Below are positions 35,513 through 46,249 of a stretch of DNA of 64,000 bases, piece by piece. Origin of the DNA: a virus; IMG/VR virus record IMGVR_UViG_3300008954_000002, positions 64,001 through 128,000 of that record, one strand, 5' to 3'. The translations under genes were made by a program, and so were the position numbers. Under the pieces are notes generated by a model. That model did no database searches. It saw only the letters and a list, made by a program, of their open reading frames with translations, and was not told where the DNA came from. The first letter of the stretch is position 1. Every line of letters starts with the position of its first letter.

Positions 35513-37500
35513 TACTGAGTACTCCCAGCAGTATCCCAAACACCAGTATAGCGCCGTGGCTTGAGAGGCTTGTCTTCTTTAGCCTCTTGCACTAGCAAAG
35601 TATACTCTCTTAATACAGAAGTTAGATATGGATGCAATGAACTAGTCCTAGTAATTAAAATAGTCTGTAGTGTACCCGTTGTATTACGTAGCTCTTGGTC
35701 GAAGGTCACTCTACCATTGTGAAGGCTTACTTGGCCGCAAGTGCTAAGCCCTTGGTTCTTGTACACTCTATATTCTATCCAGTAAATAGCTGTAGGATCT
35801 CTATCTGTTAGCCGTATATAGAATCGTCCTGCCTTGGCTTGTTTATGTAAGTCGTCAAAACTACTGTCAATAGGCCATATACTAATATATGTAGAACCGT
35901 TATCTATTGATATGGAGTAATCTGTTCCGAAAGCGAGTAAGGTGCCATTCCTATATATACTCATGGGATCGACAACTTCTGTCGCAGTAGCTGCCCATCG
36001 CAAATCTGGGAATAGCTTAACCCTACAATCGGTACCAATAGGAGATAAAAACTCTACTTGAGTTGGATAGGCGTCAGGCACTGGGATAATACTATCCAGT
36101 ACTACTGCTCCAGTCTGATTGCTAACAAGCCTTCCTCCCACATATGCCTCCTGAAAGATCTGATTGCCAGATCCTTCTCCAGGAGTATATACAATATTGG
36201 TACCATAGGCACTGATATTGCTGGTGGGCAATATAGCCTCACTTTCTTTTACAAGAGAGAGCCCAATTGGTGAGGATACCTCAATGGGTAAGCTCCTAAA
36301 AATACCTTTATTCTCATAAGCTACAATAAGAAACCTAATAGTATCAATAGAGAAATCATATACTCTGCCTGAAACTTCTTCGGTTGCATCTGAGTCCATA
36401 CGGGTTGTCCACCCACCAAGAGAGTCAACTAGCTTATTGATATTAGCAACTCTATGATCTCCTACGAGTACAGTACTCTTAGTTACAGGAGCGTATTGCT
36501 CAAATGTTAAGCTCACATATTTTGCATATACTGGCTCTGTTAGCAAAGTAGTAGATGTTTCAGCAGATATACGTATAAAGCTTAGTGAGATTTCTTCTCC
36601 AGCCTCATCGATATAGGTGATATCTTTTATATGCACAGAAGACGCTCCCAGTGGAGTAATATCTATCTGATTAAAGAAAACCGTATTCGCAAGCTCTACC
36701 TGAAGGGTACAGGTGGCTACACAATTATGTGGAAAGCTATCATATCCAAGAGCATCAGCAGTTCTTAGCTTATACTTTCTAGAGCTGCTGTCATGCTCTC
36801 GTCTTATAATTACATGTCTAAAAGTCTTGTTCTTGAGAAAGATATTACGGGGAGAGGTAGAAAGTATTGGCTTTCTAGTGTCGCCAAAGTCAGTACTCTC
36901 ACTTATCAGGTATGCATCACGTATAGGCAACTCTGTTAGCCCGCCTCTTTCTAGATGTGCTCCCCTAATAGGAAGGGTTAATCCTGCATTGGGCAACACT
37001 GTCATTAAAAACCGCTCTGGATATGCAAAGGATGTTTTAAAATCTTCTATCCAGGATCTGTCCTTGTACTGTAGTTGAAAATCCATCCTTCTTGAAAAGG
37101 CATTAAGATGCACTTTTGTCCAGCTGCCAAGCAACTTGATATTAGCTTCATCAACCTCGTTGTCTAAAGCAATGACCTCTCTTTGTAAGCTACGTAATCT
37201 TGCAAAAGTATCCTTAGCTGTCATCTTTATGAGTTCTGACAGCGTATTGCATTGGACGTTATTGACTGCTACTTGATACTTTCTGTCCTTCAGGTAGATG
37301 CTCTGAAATATAGACGCAACAGGCGCTCCTGAGCGCATAACGGGTGGAGTAAGACTAGAAGAGTTACCTATATAGTCGCTAGCTAAGACATCTAGCTTCG
37401 TATTCTTTTGGTACAGGTGGGCATTGTCAGCAACACGTTTTCTGGCTGCATCAAACATACTCCTCGTAAAAGAAACATTGTTTCTAAATCTTGAAGACAT
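35512..37500 (-). CDS. Virion structural protein
   Basis: Coupled ORF; IYRNGTLL.FGTDY module. Confidence 0.65.
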   Translation of the reverse strand: MSSRFRNNVSFTRSMFDAARKRVADNAHLYQKNTKLDVLASDYIGNSSSLTPPVMRSGAPVASIFQSIYLKDRKYQVAVNNVQCNTLSELIKMTAKDTFARLRSLQREVIALDNEVDEANIKLLGSWTKVHLNAFSRRMDFQLQYKDRSWIEDFKTSFAYPERFLMTVLPNAGLTLPIRGAHLERGGLTELPIRDAYLISESTDFGDTRKPILSTSPRNIFLKNKTFRHVIIRREHDSSSRKYKLRTADALGYDSFPHNCVATCTLQVELANTVFFNQIDITPLGASSVHIKDITYIDEAGEEISLSFIRISAETSTTLLTEPVYAKYVSLTFEQYAPVTKSTVLVGDHRVANINKLVDSLGGWTTRMDSDATEEVSGRVYDFSIDTIRFLIVAYENKGIFRSLPIEVSSPIGLSLVKESEAILPTSNISAYGTNIVYTPGEGSGNQIFQEAYVGGRLVSNQTGAVVLDSIIPVPDAYPTQVEFLSPIGTDCRVKLFPDLRWAATATEVVDPMSIYRNGTLLAFGTDYSISIDNGSTYISIWPIDSSFDDLHKQAKAGRFYIRLTDRDPTAIYWIEYRVYKNQGLSTCGQVSLHNGRVTFDQELRNTTGTLQTILITRTSSLHPYLTSVLREYTLLVQEAKEDKPLKPRRYTGVWDTAGSTQ

Positions 37501-37998
37501 TTATTCCACCACTATGTTGACAAATAGCCTTCTTGTACTTACTCCTGAAGGGGTCTCAACTCCAACCATAAACTTCCCTGTACTGCTTGCAGCCAGAAAG
37601 CCTGTCTGAGTGACACCGGCACTATCTACTCCAGATGGCAACAGAATTCTACTGCTATAGCCAGCGCCTACACTCCTGGTTATATACGTCCATGTAGCAC
37701 CATCGTCAAAGCTGATCTTCATTCCTCCTGCACTTGTGCTGTCACTAGCAGAAGCGGTGCCCCAAGTAAGTAGATCCTGGTAGTCTTTGCTAGGTGTGTT
37801 CTGGGCAGGGTTATCTACCCCTCCAACATTGGAAGCAGCCACTATGTATAACCCCAAGCCAGTAAGCTCATCGGCACCATAGTTAGTAACTCTAACGTGT
37901 CTTGTGCCTATGCTTGTGATTACATCAGTTGCAATCTGGTACGGATCATATATTGTTTCTTGCTCTTCATCAGAAAATCTAATATCACTAGTAGACAT
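37501..37998 (-). CDS. Virion structural protein
   Basis: Coupled, beta-rich ORF. Confidence 0.65.
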   Translation of the reverse strand: MSTSDIRFSDEEQETIYDPYQIATDVITSIGTRHVRVTNYGADELTGLGLYIVAASNVGGVDNPAQNTPSKDYQDLLTWGTASASDSTSAGGMKISFDDGATWTYITRSVGAGYSSRILLPSGVDSAGVTQTGFLAASSTGKFMVGVETPSGVSTRRLFVNIVVE

Positions 37999-40121
37999 TA
38001 CATCACCATTATGCCAAGCATATTACCAATTGGAAACTCATTAGAACTTTCAACTACTCTAACACCATAATAGTATATTTCTCCACTACTTAGAGCTGTA
38101 TCAGTATAAGTTACATTGCCCTCAGCAGGAGATACTATTGCTGTAATTAGAGCCCATTCATCAAGGGGATTCTGTCGGCGGTATATATTGTACGTCAGAT
38201 CTGGCCCTTCCCAAGTCATATTCAATTCTGCTTGGGTAGCCAGAAGAGACTGTCCAGTAAGTTCTACTTGGGGATAGCTCCAGTGAATTACTCCATATCC
38301 CATCTGGGGAATATAACTATTTAATAGCTCTTCGGCTCTTGTAGGCGACAGGACTCCTCCAAACTCTTCCAAGAGGGTGATGGGCGCCCTAATGAGCATC
38401 ACAGTGTTCTGAGGGAACTCTTGGCCAGTAGCACCATATCCTAGTCTAGATTGTAAAACTCTCTGGTTTGTTCTGATAGCATCTTCGAAATACTCCTCTT
38501 TGATGACATTGCCATCTCTGCGCACATCTACTACAAAGGAGTCTTCTGTTACAGCATTGTCTAGTACTAATACTTCTGCCAATATACAGTAGCCATGTGA
38601 ATTAGAATAGTTAGCAGTATAATTGTGTACAAATGTATTTGTATTAGAAACAGAACGATACTGAGTACCTATTAAGGTGCTTGGATTAGCAGTTCCGTCA
38701 GCCTCTGTTAGCTGAAAATTAGGGTGCGATCTACCTAGCCCTTGGGAGGCGTATGCAATTACACCATCCTTATCAACCCCAAGAACATGGATGGCTTTAT
38801 CATCACTATCTATATTTGGAATCATGTAATAGACCCACATATAGTCTAATGCTCGCTTATTCTGTAGAGGGTTTAAAGTTATGCCTGTATGCTCATAATC
38901 ACTAGCTTCATAGTAATAAGTAGCATAGAAGTTCCAATTAGGATCTATCTCTACGCCTAATGAAACAAATCCACCCTTGTTATCCCAAGAAGATATTGCA
39001 TCGCCCTCTATAAAGACATCTGTATCTGAGTATCGAGTACCATCTAAACTACTGTCTGTAGTTATGACCCTAATAAGTACATCATCCTCGTCTAGTATGA
39101 AGAGTTGGAAGTGCATTTTATCATCAGGGCTAATGGCTAGGTCATTTCTGGTGGCCACTAGAGTGCTTCTATTAACCCATAGCATCTTTCTGTAAGGAGA
39201 ATATATATACGGCTTGTAAGGAGAAAATGCTTGTCTATCATACTCTGGCAATGAGTATCGCCTTAAAGAGCCATTTACTACCGCAGTGAAACTCCCATTA
39301 GTAAATCGCAAATGCCAAGCATCCTCAGGATCCCTCCCAAAGGGCATTAGTGGTTTAATAGTAGAAGCTTCAATCGGCTTCATATACCAAGTTCCGCCAC
39401 CATTCATATGAAAGGTATAGCCTGAGCTATTTTCTTCTCTAGTATAAAGCGGGTAGGCAGTTGTAACCTTTCCGTAATTCGCACCTTCTAGAATGACATC
39501 TTCCCAAGTAGCCTCTCTAGCTACAGGTACTGGATTGAGCATTTCATGACTAGTGGCTACATCACCAGTCGCAGGATCTTCCTGTACAGAGCTTATAAAA
39601 TATAGTCTATAAGCACCAGTGTCTGGATTAAAGAAGTTCTTATAGTTTGTATATACTACATCCTTATCAGAAGTATTTACATCTACAATATAGCCGCTAG
39701 TAATCTCTTTAACTGCACCATCAGTTACAACATTGAGAGATACTTCTATTGTGTTCTTTGGCAAGACATGTCTAAAAAAGATCGGGCGCCTTCTACCGAA
39801 TGTATCTGTACCTAAGATATTTGTAACAGCTACTTCTTTATACTGGCTAGTAAATGACATGGAGTATATTTCCATCCATCCTGTATCAGTTCCAGAGTGT
39901 TCAAATACATTAGCAGCAACAGTATGAGATGCATCTACTATCTGTAGGTTTTTCCAAGAATCTAATTCTTCACTTTCGTAATAAGCTATAGGCACAGAAG
40001 TTTCTGCAATGTTATCTGTATAGATAAATCGTTCTGTGTACTTATGTACATGAGCAGTAACAGGTAGAATTTGATCCTGCTTAGGCCCATTTATAATGAG
40101 CTCTAAAGTAGCACTACTCAT
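37998..40121 (-). CDS. Virion protein with C-terminal FN3-like domain
   Basis: LNMTW..YNIYRR..YTD..YYYGV. Confidence 0.7.
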   Translation of the reverse strand: MSSATLELIINGPKQDQILPVTAHVHKYTERFIYTDNIAETSVPIAYYESEELDSWKNLQIVDASHTVAANVFEHSGTDTGWMEIYSMSFTSQYKEVAVTNILGTDTFGRRRPIFFRHVLPKNTIEVSLNVVTDGAVKEITSGYIVDVNTSDKDVVYTNYKNFFNPDTGAYRLYFISSVQEDPATGDVATSHEMLNPVPVAREATWEDVILEGANYGKVTTAYPLYTREENSSGYTFHMNGGGTWYMKPIEASTIKPLMPFGRDPEDAWHLRFTNGSFTAVVNGSLRRYSLPEYDRQAFSPYKPYIYSPYRKMLWVNRSTLVATRNDLAISPDDKMHFQLFILDEDDVLIRVITTDSSLDGTRYSDTDVFIEGDAISSWDNKGGFVSLGVEIDPNWNFYATYYYEASDYEHTGITLNPLQNKRALDYMWVYYMIPNIDSDDKAIHVLGVDKDGVIAYASQGLGRSHPNFQLTEADGTANPSTLIGTQYRSVSNTNTFVHNYTANYSNSHGYCILAEVLVLDNAVTEDSFVVDVRRDGNVIKEEYFEDAIRTNQRVLQSRLGYGATGQEFPQNTVMLIRAPITLLEEFGGVLSPTRAEELLNSYIPQMGYGVIHWSYPQVELTGQSLLATQAELNMTWEGPDLTYNIYRRQNPLDEWALITAIVSPAEGNVTYTDTALSSGEIYYYGVRVVESSNEFPIGNMLGIMVM

Positions 40122-42728
40122 CTACTTGATACCTATTGCGCAGAGTGGCTTCCCAAAAGTCTGTCCATCAGCTAGTTCTATTGTCTCCCAAACAGTGCCA
40201 ATTGCCTTCCTATATTCTTCGAATGATATATCAGAAGCAGGCCTTGCAACACAGTATGGTTCATTGTCTACAGGCAAGATATAGTCTCCCTCGGTAGAAT
40301 TGCCCTTTACTATTACAGGTAGCTGACCAATAAAAGATATAACTTCTCCAGCATAGGAACACTTTAGCAAGCTATCGCGCCACACCGGATCTCTTAACTG
40401 CTCCAGTGTCTTTTTTAGTTCACCTGTTGGTTCCTTTTGATAGCGAGCTTCTGTATCTTCTATTAAGCGAGCAAGAGTATTATCATTGTCTAGATCTCTA
40501 ACAAGCTTAATTTGAGCATTGCCAACACAGAGTGCTCTATTAGTTACTAGCATGGGAGTCCCTGGGCCATACCGATAAATGCGACACTCTCTTACATAAA
40601 CAAGTCTGCCCTCTTCAAGACCCCAGCTGCCTCTTTCTATAATGCTTGATAGACACTCTTCTCTTGTAGATTCCCACTCGTCAAGATCCCCGATCATAAG
40701 CCATTCACCAAAGTCAGCTGCTCCGCTTACGTACTGAACAGCACCATGAAAGTTGGTGACTATAGGATCTGGCTTTAGGGAGCTGTTAGTGAGAATATTA
40801 AGAAGAAAACTAGACCAATTCATTTGAGTAGATGCAGCAGAGTCCTGTATCGCACCATTAGAATTCGTAGTAACAAAGGCCTTGTTACCATTATACGCTC
40901 CAGTAATAGCCCCAACGCCAACATAACTCCCAGTGTTCTTGGCATACATAGATACAAAACGATTACTAGGACCAAGCCCTGCAGAGCCACTAGTTTCAGT
41001 TCCAAGCAAAAGTTCTAAAGCATCTGCTTGAACAGTTGTATTAAGATTCTCAATCGTTACAGCATGCCCTTGTCTGTCTGCAACTATCGTTGTTTTACCT
41101 GAAACAGTAGCAGCTATATTTACGTTGCCAGTAGTAGCAGTTATATTGACAGTATTGTTGGCAGCTATGTTTGCAAGGTCGCTAGCATATATGAAAACAT
41201 CATCAGCAGCAGTTAGAGTTATATCATCAGCAGCAGTTATACGCGCATCAGTACCTGCGTCTATATCTACTTCACTAGAAGCATCTATAGTTACATCACC
41301 GCCTTCATTCTTTATTGTTAATCCAGTAGAAGGATTGTCATAAATATAAGGTGCAGAAGCATCTGTAAAATACCCAAAACGCAACTTGAAGCTTGAGCCT
41401 CCTACAGACTGGAGATAATTGCCTGCTGTAGCTAAAGTAGTATCACCTGTATCTGTGTACTTAGAACCTATAACAAGATCCCCACGCATACAGTTGGCAT
41501 CATTTATATTGCCTAAATCTGTTGTACGAAAACCATCTCTATGCAAGTACTGCGGAAAGTAATTGCCCGCACCTGCCGAAAGAGTAAAAGCTCCAGACGC
41601 TCCTGCAACACTAGTAGCCCCGTCTAAATCTGCAACATTAATAGGAGATTCACCATGAGCTCGATTGTGAGAATGTGTGAACAACTTCTTTCGTATGTCA
41701 TCAATAGAAGTTGTTATGTCTGTACCTATAGTTAGTATAGAATAACTATCACTGAGTGGAAGCTCTACACTGCCTATGTTGAGAACCTTTTCAGAGTTGT
41801 ACCTATAGACAGCGTCTGTATAAGTTTCATTGGTTGTGTTATTCCTAAGGTATATAAACCCTTCTGGAATCACATCACCAGTAATAAAACTATCTGTTAA
41901 TACTGCAGGTAGAAGCAGCTGGACTCCCGTATTCACATCATTTGATTCGGTAAGAACAGAACTTGTATCTCCATAATTAGCTTGCTGATGAGTGACCACC
42001 GGCAAAGTTAAGTGATAGGTTCCATCTGCCTGTTGCGCAAGGGTTATTTTCGCAGTAGAATTCTCATTGACTTGGTTAGGATCTGGAATCTCATTAAAGC
42101 TAGCGCCTAGATAAGCAGGCCCACCTCGCCACTTGTTTGAGTTGATAGCATACTTACATGTGGTACTGCTTGTAGTAGCGGAAACCGTACTAACTGTTCC
42201 AGTACTATCAACATGATAGTCTCCTGCATTGCCAAGTAAACCAAGCGGGACTGCATTGCCAAATACTGTTGTGTCAGAAAAGGTAATAAATTGACCAGTA
42301 GAATCAATATTTGCAGTAGTATCAGGAACATACCGCAGGGTGAACTGATGTACGCCTACAGGAACTGCTTCACCATCAATAACATTCTCGCCTGCACTTG
42401 AGTCTAGGTGTCCTAGAATCATCGGATTTAAGTTTGAGGCAGGGCCAATTAGTCTAGCCAAGTTAGTAATACTTAGAGGTCTACCGTTTGCGCCTTGGAG
42501 CGAAAGACTTGTATTGTTGTTTGCTCTTCCCCAGCGTTGGGTTAGATATGTACCCGAGGAGCTTGAGTAAGGATGGCTCTCGCTTAGGATATCACCTACT
42601 GCCTTCTCAAGCTCGTAGAGCCCCCTTCTAACTTGAACACCAATTGCATTAAACTTGTCTGCAGAAGGCTGCTCACCAGCAACAAACTCTGGAACAACAC
42701 CAATACCGCTTTTCTTTTTATCTGCCAT
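40122..42728 (-). CDS. Tail fibre/spike with C-terminal autocleaving chaperone-like domain
   Basis: Beta-helix-like repeats (ITAADDITLTAADD), SGAADFGEW, GQLPVIVKG. Confidence 0.7.
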   Translation of the reverse strand: MADKKKSGIGVVPEFVAGEQPSADKFNAIGVQVRRGLYELEKAVGDILSESHPYSSSSGTYLTQRWGRANNNTSLSLQGANGRPLSITNLARLIGPASNLNPMILGHLDSSAGENVIDGEAVPVGVHQFTLRYVPDTTANIDSTGQFITFSDTTVFGNAVPLGLLGNAGDYHVDSTGTVSTVSATTSSTTCKYAINSNKWRGGPAYLGASFNEIPDPNQVNENSTAKITLAQQADGTYHLTLPVVTHQQANYGDTSSVLTESNDVNTGVQLLLPAVLTDSFITGDVIPEGFIYLRNNTTNETYTDAVYRYNSEKVLNIGSVELPLSDSYSILTIGTDITTSIDDIRKKLFTHSHNRAHGESPINVADLDGATSVAGASGAFTLSAGAGNYFPQYLHRDGFRTTDLGNINDANCMRGDLVIGSKYTDTGDTTLATAGNYLQSVGGSSFKLRFGYFTDASAPYIYDNPSTGLTIKNEGGDVTIDASSEVDIDAGTDARITAADDITLTAADDVFIYASDLANIAANNTVNITATTGNVNIAATVSGKTTIVADRQGHAVTIENLNTTVQADALELLLGTETSGSAGLGPSNRFVSMYAKNTGSYVGVGAITGAYNGNKAFVTTNSNGAIQDSAASTQMNWSSFLLNILTNSSLKPDPIVTNFHGAVQYVSGAADFGEWLMIGDLDEWESTREECLSSIIERGSWGLEEGRLVYVRECRIYRYGPGTPMLVTNRALCVGNAQIKLVRDLDNDNTLARLIEDTEARYQKEPTGELKKTLEQLRDPVWRDSLLKCSYAGEVISFIGQLPVIVKGNSTEGDYILPVDNEPYCVARPASDISFEEYRKAIGTVWETIELADGQTFGKPLCAIGIK

Positions 42729-42733
42729 AATAA

Positions 42734-45343
42734 TTAATCCATGTCAAATTGAACATTAAATGTATTGATTCCTTCAGCTTTTGGATTGATTGTAAGAAAG
42801 TTGCTTCCACCAATACCAGCACCTATATTGTGACTCTCGGTCGCAAATCTAAAGCCATAAGGAATTGGTAGCGCTCCATCAGAATCTACACCTTTCAGAT
42901 GAGGGGGCAGATCTAGACGCAACCTAAGACTATTAGATCTTATTAAGCGACCAGAAACTGGGTCTTTACCGTATGCATAAAGACTTACCATATCAGAAGT
43001 TACAACCATGTAACCACCCAAATTATTATCTCTATCTGTTGCGTTTGGAAGTGGAAGAGTTCTGCCTGCAAACACTAGGCGAGTCGAAGAGACTTCAGTA
43101 GGCCTAACAGGAAAGTAAGCTCCTGTAACAGAGACCCCGCTACTGTCTACATATTGAGGGTGAGGACTTCTGCCATAAATAGGATGTTCAACATCAGTAT
43201 TCCATTCGTAAAGGATAACTCTTGCACCATCTAAGAAATCTGTGTTGAACTCTTGAGCTCCACGCTCTATAAGCCAGCATCGAGCATTATTAAAATTGGT
43301 TGAAGACCCAGTTGGAAAATTGATCGAATCAAAGCTATTAACAGTAGAGCTAAAGATTAGCGTTTGAGTATTGCTGCCAACATTAGCAAAAGCGCCTACT
43401 ATTTCTCTTGTATGCGTAATACCATCATCACATACTATATGTGCTGTTCCACCTATATAAGTAGAATCTACATCACGAATATAGCCGTCAATAGTTATTG
43501 ATGAGCGCCCTATCACAGTAATGCTATTGTCATACTGAGGATCGTTTTCGCCAATTGTGACTGGAAACTCAGTACCCTTAGTGCCCAATATCTTGTCATG
43601 CTTTAACACTTGATAAACAACAATATCTTTAGCAGTAATGCCGGGCGGTATGGTTTCATCCATATCGAAGATAGTGTCACCACTGCTGTGGGTAACGCTA
43701 TAGACATCCTTTAATACAGATGCCCAATCATATGGTGCATTGTATAGTGCATATATCTGACCAGCAGAATTGCTAAGTGCAGTATATTGACTAAGCGTAC
43801 TGTTCAGACTTCCTACATTGCTTTCTAAAACAATTGTAAGCTCTATATCCTCTACAGAGTTTCCCATAGAGTCGTAAGCAGTAGCTATTAGTCGTGCTGT
43901 ATCTGTCCCATAACGAATAGGCCCATATAGCTCGCCACCTATGCTACCAACTTCAGGGCCAACAGCTAGAGTAATCTCTGAGAGGTGTGCCTCAACAGGT
44001 GAGATTTGTATTACGTTATTAGTTTCAACGTTGCTTATAGCCTTGATGTCAAGAAAGCCAGTCTTGTTTGCCGTTCTAGAACAATCGCTTAGAACCTCAT
44101 ACTCTACTCGTGGAGTAGCAGTATAAGATGCATATATAGTCTGGCTAGACTTAGTGCCTTGACCATGCTGTATGTCGCTTACAATAGTGCCTGCATTATG
44201 AATGGCTGCTACTGTGTTGTTGTAGCCGCGCACACAATCATAAAAACGATTACGGCTCTTTCCATAGTAAAGTATATACTCGTTCTCTATAACAAGAATG
44301 CCCTGATTAGGGTAGGAGGCAAATACATCATCATCTATATAGCACTCTACTTCAGTAGTCTCGGGATCAAGACCAAGCTTTAGGTATAGGTCTGGCGCTT
44401 GATATCCACCTAAGCGAACAATACCTAAATCATAATCAACAGAGTAGGCTTGCTCACTAGGTTCACTAAAGTTGAGAGTAGCTACTTCTTTAAGCTTTGT
44501 TACTACGCCTGAAGAATTTATAGCATACATCTCTACAGAGTCGTTAACCACTGGAAAGAAATTTAAGTATACGTCTCTTCCTTCAGGGTTTCCCTGATCT
44601 TTGTTTTCTAAAAACTTATCAGCAGTCTCTGCGTTAATCTCACCAGCAAATCCATTATCAATAGTTAGATCTTGATTTGTGTATATGTAATCAATACCAT
44701 CTTTCTTTACAAGAGTGTACTCATACTTTCTGTCAGAAAGGCTACTCCACAGAACGTTGCCATCATCGTCAGTAGTACTTAGCCTACTATTACCATTGGT
44801 ATCTAGGCTACCGGTAAATTCATCTACATAATTGAGCTTATGATAAGCTCTGCGTATCATATTTGCATCTCTATGAAAAAGAGCTACCTCAATAGAAGAC
44901 AGCATGCAATCAGAACGCAACTCATGAACCATGACGCCATTGCTATTTAGTAAAGGGTCTATTCTCTGACTTATAGAATGATCAGAAAATAATCTGCGCT
45001 CATTCCAGTAAGTTGAGTAATGTCCGCACTCTACCAATGGTGTCCAAGTGAGTGAATCAGAAACAGGATGTTCCACTATGCTAAGAAACTGGAGACCATC
45101 TATAGCTCCTGACTGCCAGTGATTTAGTTGGGTACCATCTTTGAGCCCTGCCGCATGCCCACCTATATACGTATTGTATCGGGTAGAAGATAAATCCTTA
45201 TCCTCTATCCGACGCTTATCCCATTGCCAACCTTTTATCTCTTCCTCAACAGAATAGACCCCTGTTAAGGGTACATAGTCCTTAGAAGTGCTAACTACAC
45301 TCTGCACGGACAATAATATATCTTCATACTTAGGGGTGGGCAT
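42734..45343 (-). CDS. Virion structural protein with Ig-like domain
   Basis: SVDYDLG, RGYNNTVAAIH, ATAYDSMGN..SNSAG. Confidence 0.7.
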   Translation of the reverse strand: MPTPKYEDILLSVQSVVSTSKDYVPLTGVYSVEEEIKGWQWDKRRIEDKDLSSTRYNTYIGGHAAGLKDGTQLNHWQSGAIDGLQFLSIVEHPVSDSLTWTPLVECGHYSTYWNERRLFSDHSISQRIDPLLNSNGVMVHELRSDCMLSSIEVALFHRDANMIRRAYHKLNYVDEFTGSLDTNGNSRLSTTDDDGNVLWSSLSDRKYEYTLVKKDGIDYIYTNQDLTIDNGFAGEINAETADKFLENKDQGNPEGRDVYLNFFPVVNDSVEMYAINSSGVVTKLKEVATLNFSEPSEQAYSVDYDLGIVRLGGYQAPDLYLKLGLDPETTEVECYIDDDVFASYPNQGILVIENEYILYYGKSRNRFYDCVRGYNNTVAAIHNAGTIVSDIQHGQGTKSSQTIYASYTATPRVEYEVLSDCSRTANKTGFLDIKAISNVETNNVIQISPVEAHLSEITLAVGPEVGSIGGELYGPIRYGTDTARLIATAYDSMGNSVEDIELTIVLESNVGSLNSTLSQYTALSNSAGQIYALYNAPYDWASVLKDVYSVTHSSGDTIFDMDETIPPGITAKDIVVYQVLKHDKILGTKGTEFPVTIGENDPQYDNSITVIGRSSITIDGYIRDVDSTYIGGTAHIVCDDGITHTREIVGAFANVGSNTQTLIFSSTVNSFDSINFPTGSSTNFNNARCWLIERGAQEFNTDFLDGARVILYEWNTDVEHPIYGRSPHPQYVDSSGVSVTGAYFPVRPTEVSSTRLVFAGRTLPLPNATDRDNNLGGYMVVTSDMVSLYAYGKDPVSGRLIRSNSLRLRLDLPPHLKGVDSDGALPIPYGFRFATESHNIGAGIGGSNFLTINPKAEGINTFNVQFDMD

Positions 45344-45367
45344 ACAAACAGCCTTCAGTGCAGAACA

Positions 45368-46249
45368 TTATTTCCCCCACTGAAGTGGGTGGACAGAGAG
45401 AATTTCATTAACTATCTTAGCACCATAGGGCTTCAGTAACAATCTCTCCTCTTCACCTTTTGTATCCTCCAATAAGTTATCTTTTAGCAGATGGTCTATA
45501 TCCCCGTCATTGAGAGGCACTGCCTTAATAGGCTGCCACCACACTGTATAGGGGAAATCTCTATACGAGAATGTGCAATCACCTGCAGCTAGGTCTCGGC
45601 TCCACAAAACGCCATTAGTCTTATCAATGAAATAATCGCCTGGCTCACTTAAGCTCTCTTGAGTTGAGACCACATTGTCAAATATTTGAGGCAGTGTAAA
45701 CAGGATATCTCTGATATACCTCTGCTCTAAATTTACCATGCCACTGGGACCAAGAGAGCGCCTATAGACCTGTCCATCTGTATTGCCATAAGCTAGATTC
45801 CAAGATCTTAGATACTCATAGCCACTAGCCAATACGCTTGTAGATAGAAATGTAAGACTATTTAAAGCATTATAAACTTGATAAAGAAAGTAGCCGGCAC
45901 CCCTCTCCCATATGTTTAGCTCTAAATCCAGAACATTGTTATTGTAATCAGACCACACATAGATATGTGTAGAGTTGATCTCCACTCTAGGGTCTGCTGC
46001 TATGGGCTCTCCACTTGAATCAAGTACTAGATCTATTGAGAACATTCTCTGCTCAAACTGTCCAACAGTTCTATTAAGTGTTTTGATATAGTCTTGTTCC
46101 GACGCACCGGGTGGCTTTCTTGCTTGCAGTAAAAGCCTGTTTCTATAGCTAGGCAGAGACTCTTCTGGGAGTCTTGGCATCGACAGGTGAAGCCCAAGCT
46201 CATCAAACGGTACTGCAGATGGATAACTATCCGGCGTATATTTAGCCAT
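45368..46249 (-). CDS. Baseplate wedge-like protein
   Basis: DELG...RLPEE...YRNRL motif; gene context. Confidence 0.6.
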   Translation of the reverse strand: MAKYTPDSYPSAVPFDELGLHLSMPRLPEESLPSYRNRLLLQARKPPGASEQDYIKTLNRTVGQFEQRMFSIDLVLDSSGEPIAADPRVEINSTHIYVWSDYNNNVLDLELNIWERGAGYFLYQVYNALNSLTFLSTSVLASGYEYLRSWNLAYGNTDGQVYRRSLGPSGMVNLEQRYIRDILFTLPQIFDNVVSTQESLSEPGDYFIDKTNGVLWSRDLAAGDCTFSYRDFPYTVWWQPIKAVPLNDGDIDHLLKDNLLEDTKGEEERLLLKPYGAKIVNEILSVHPLQWGK

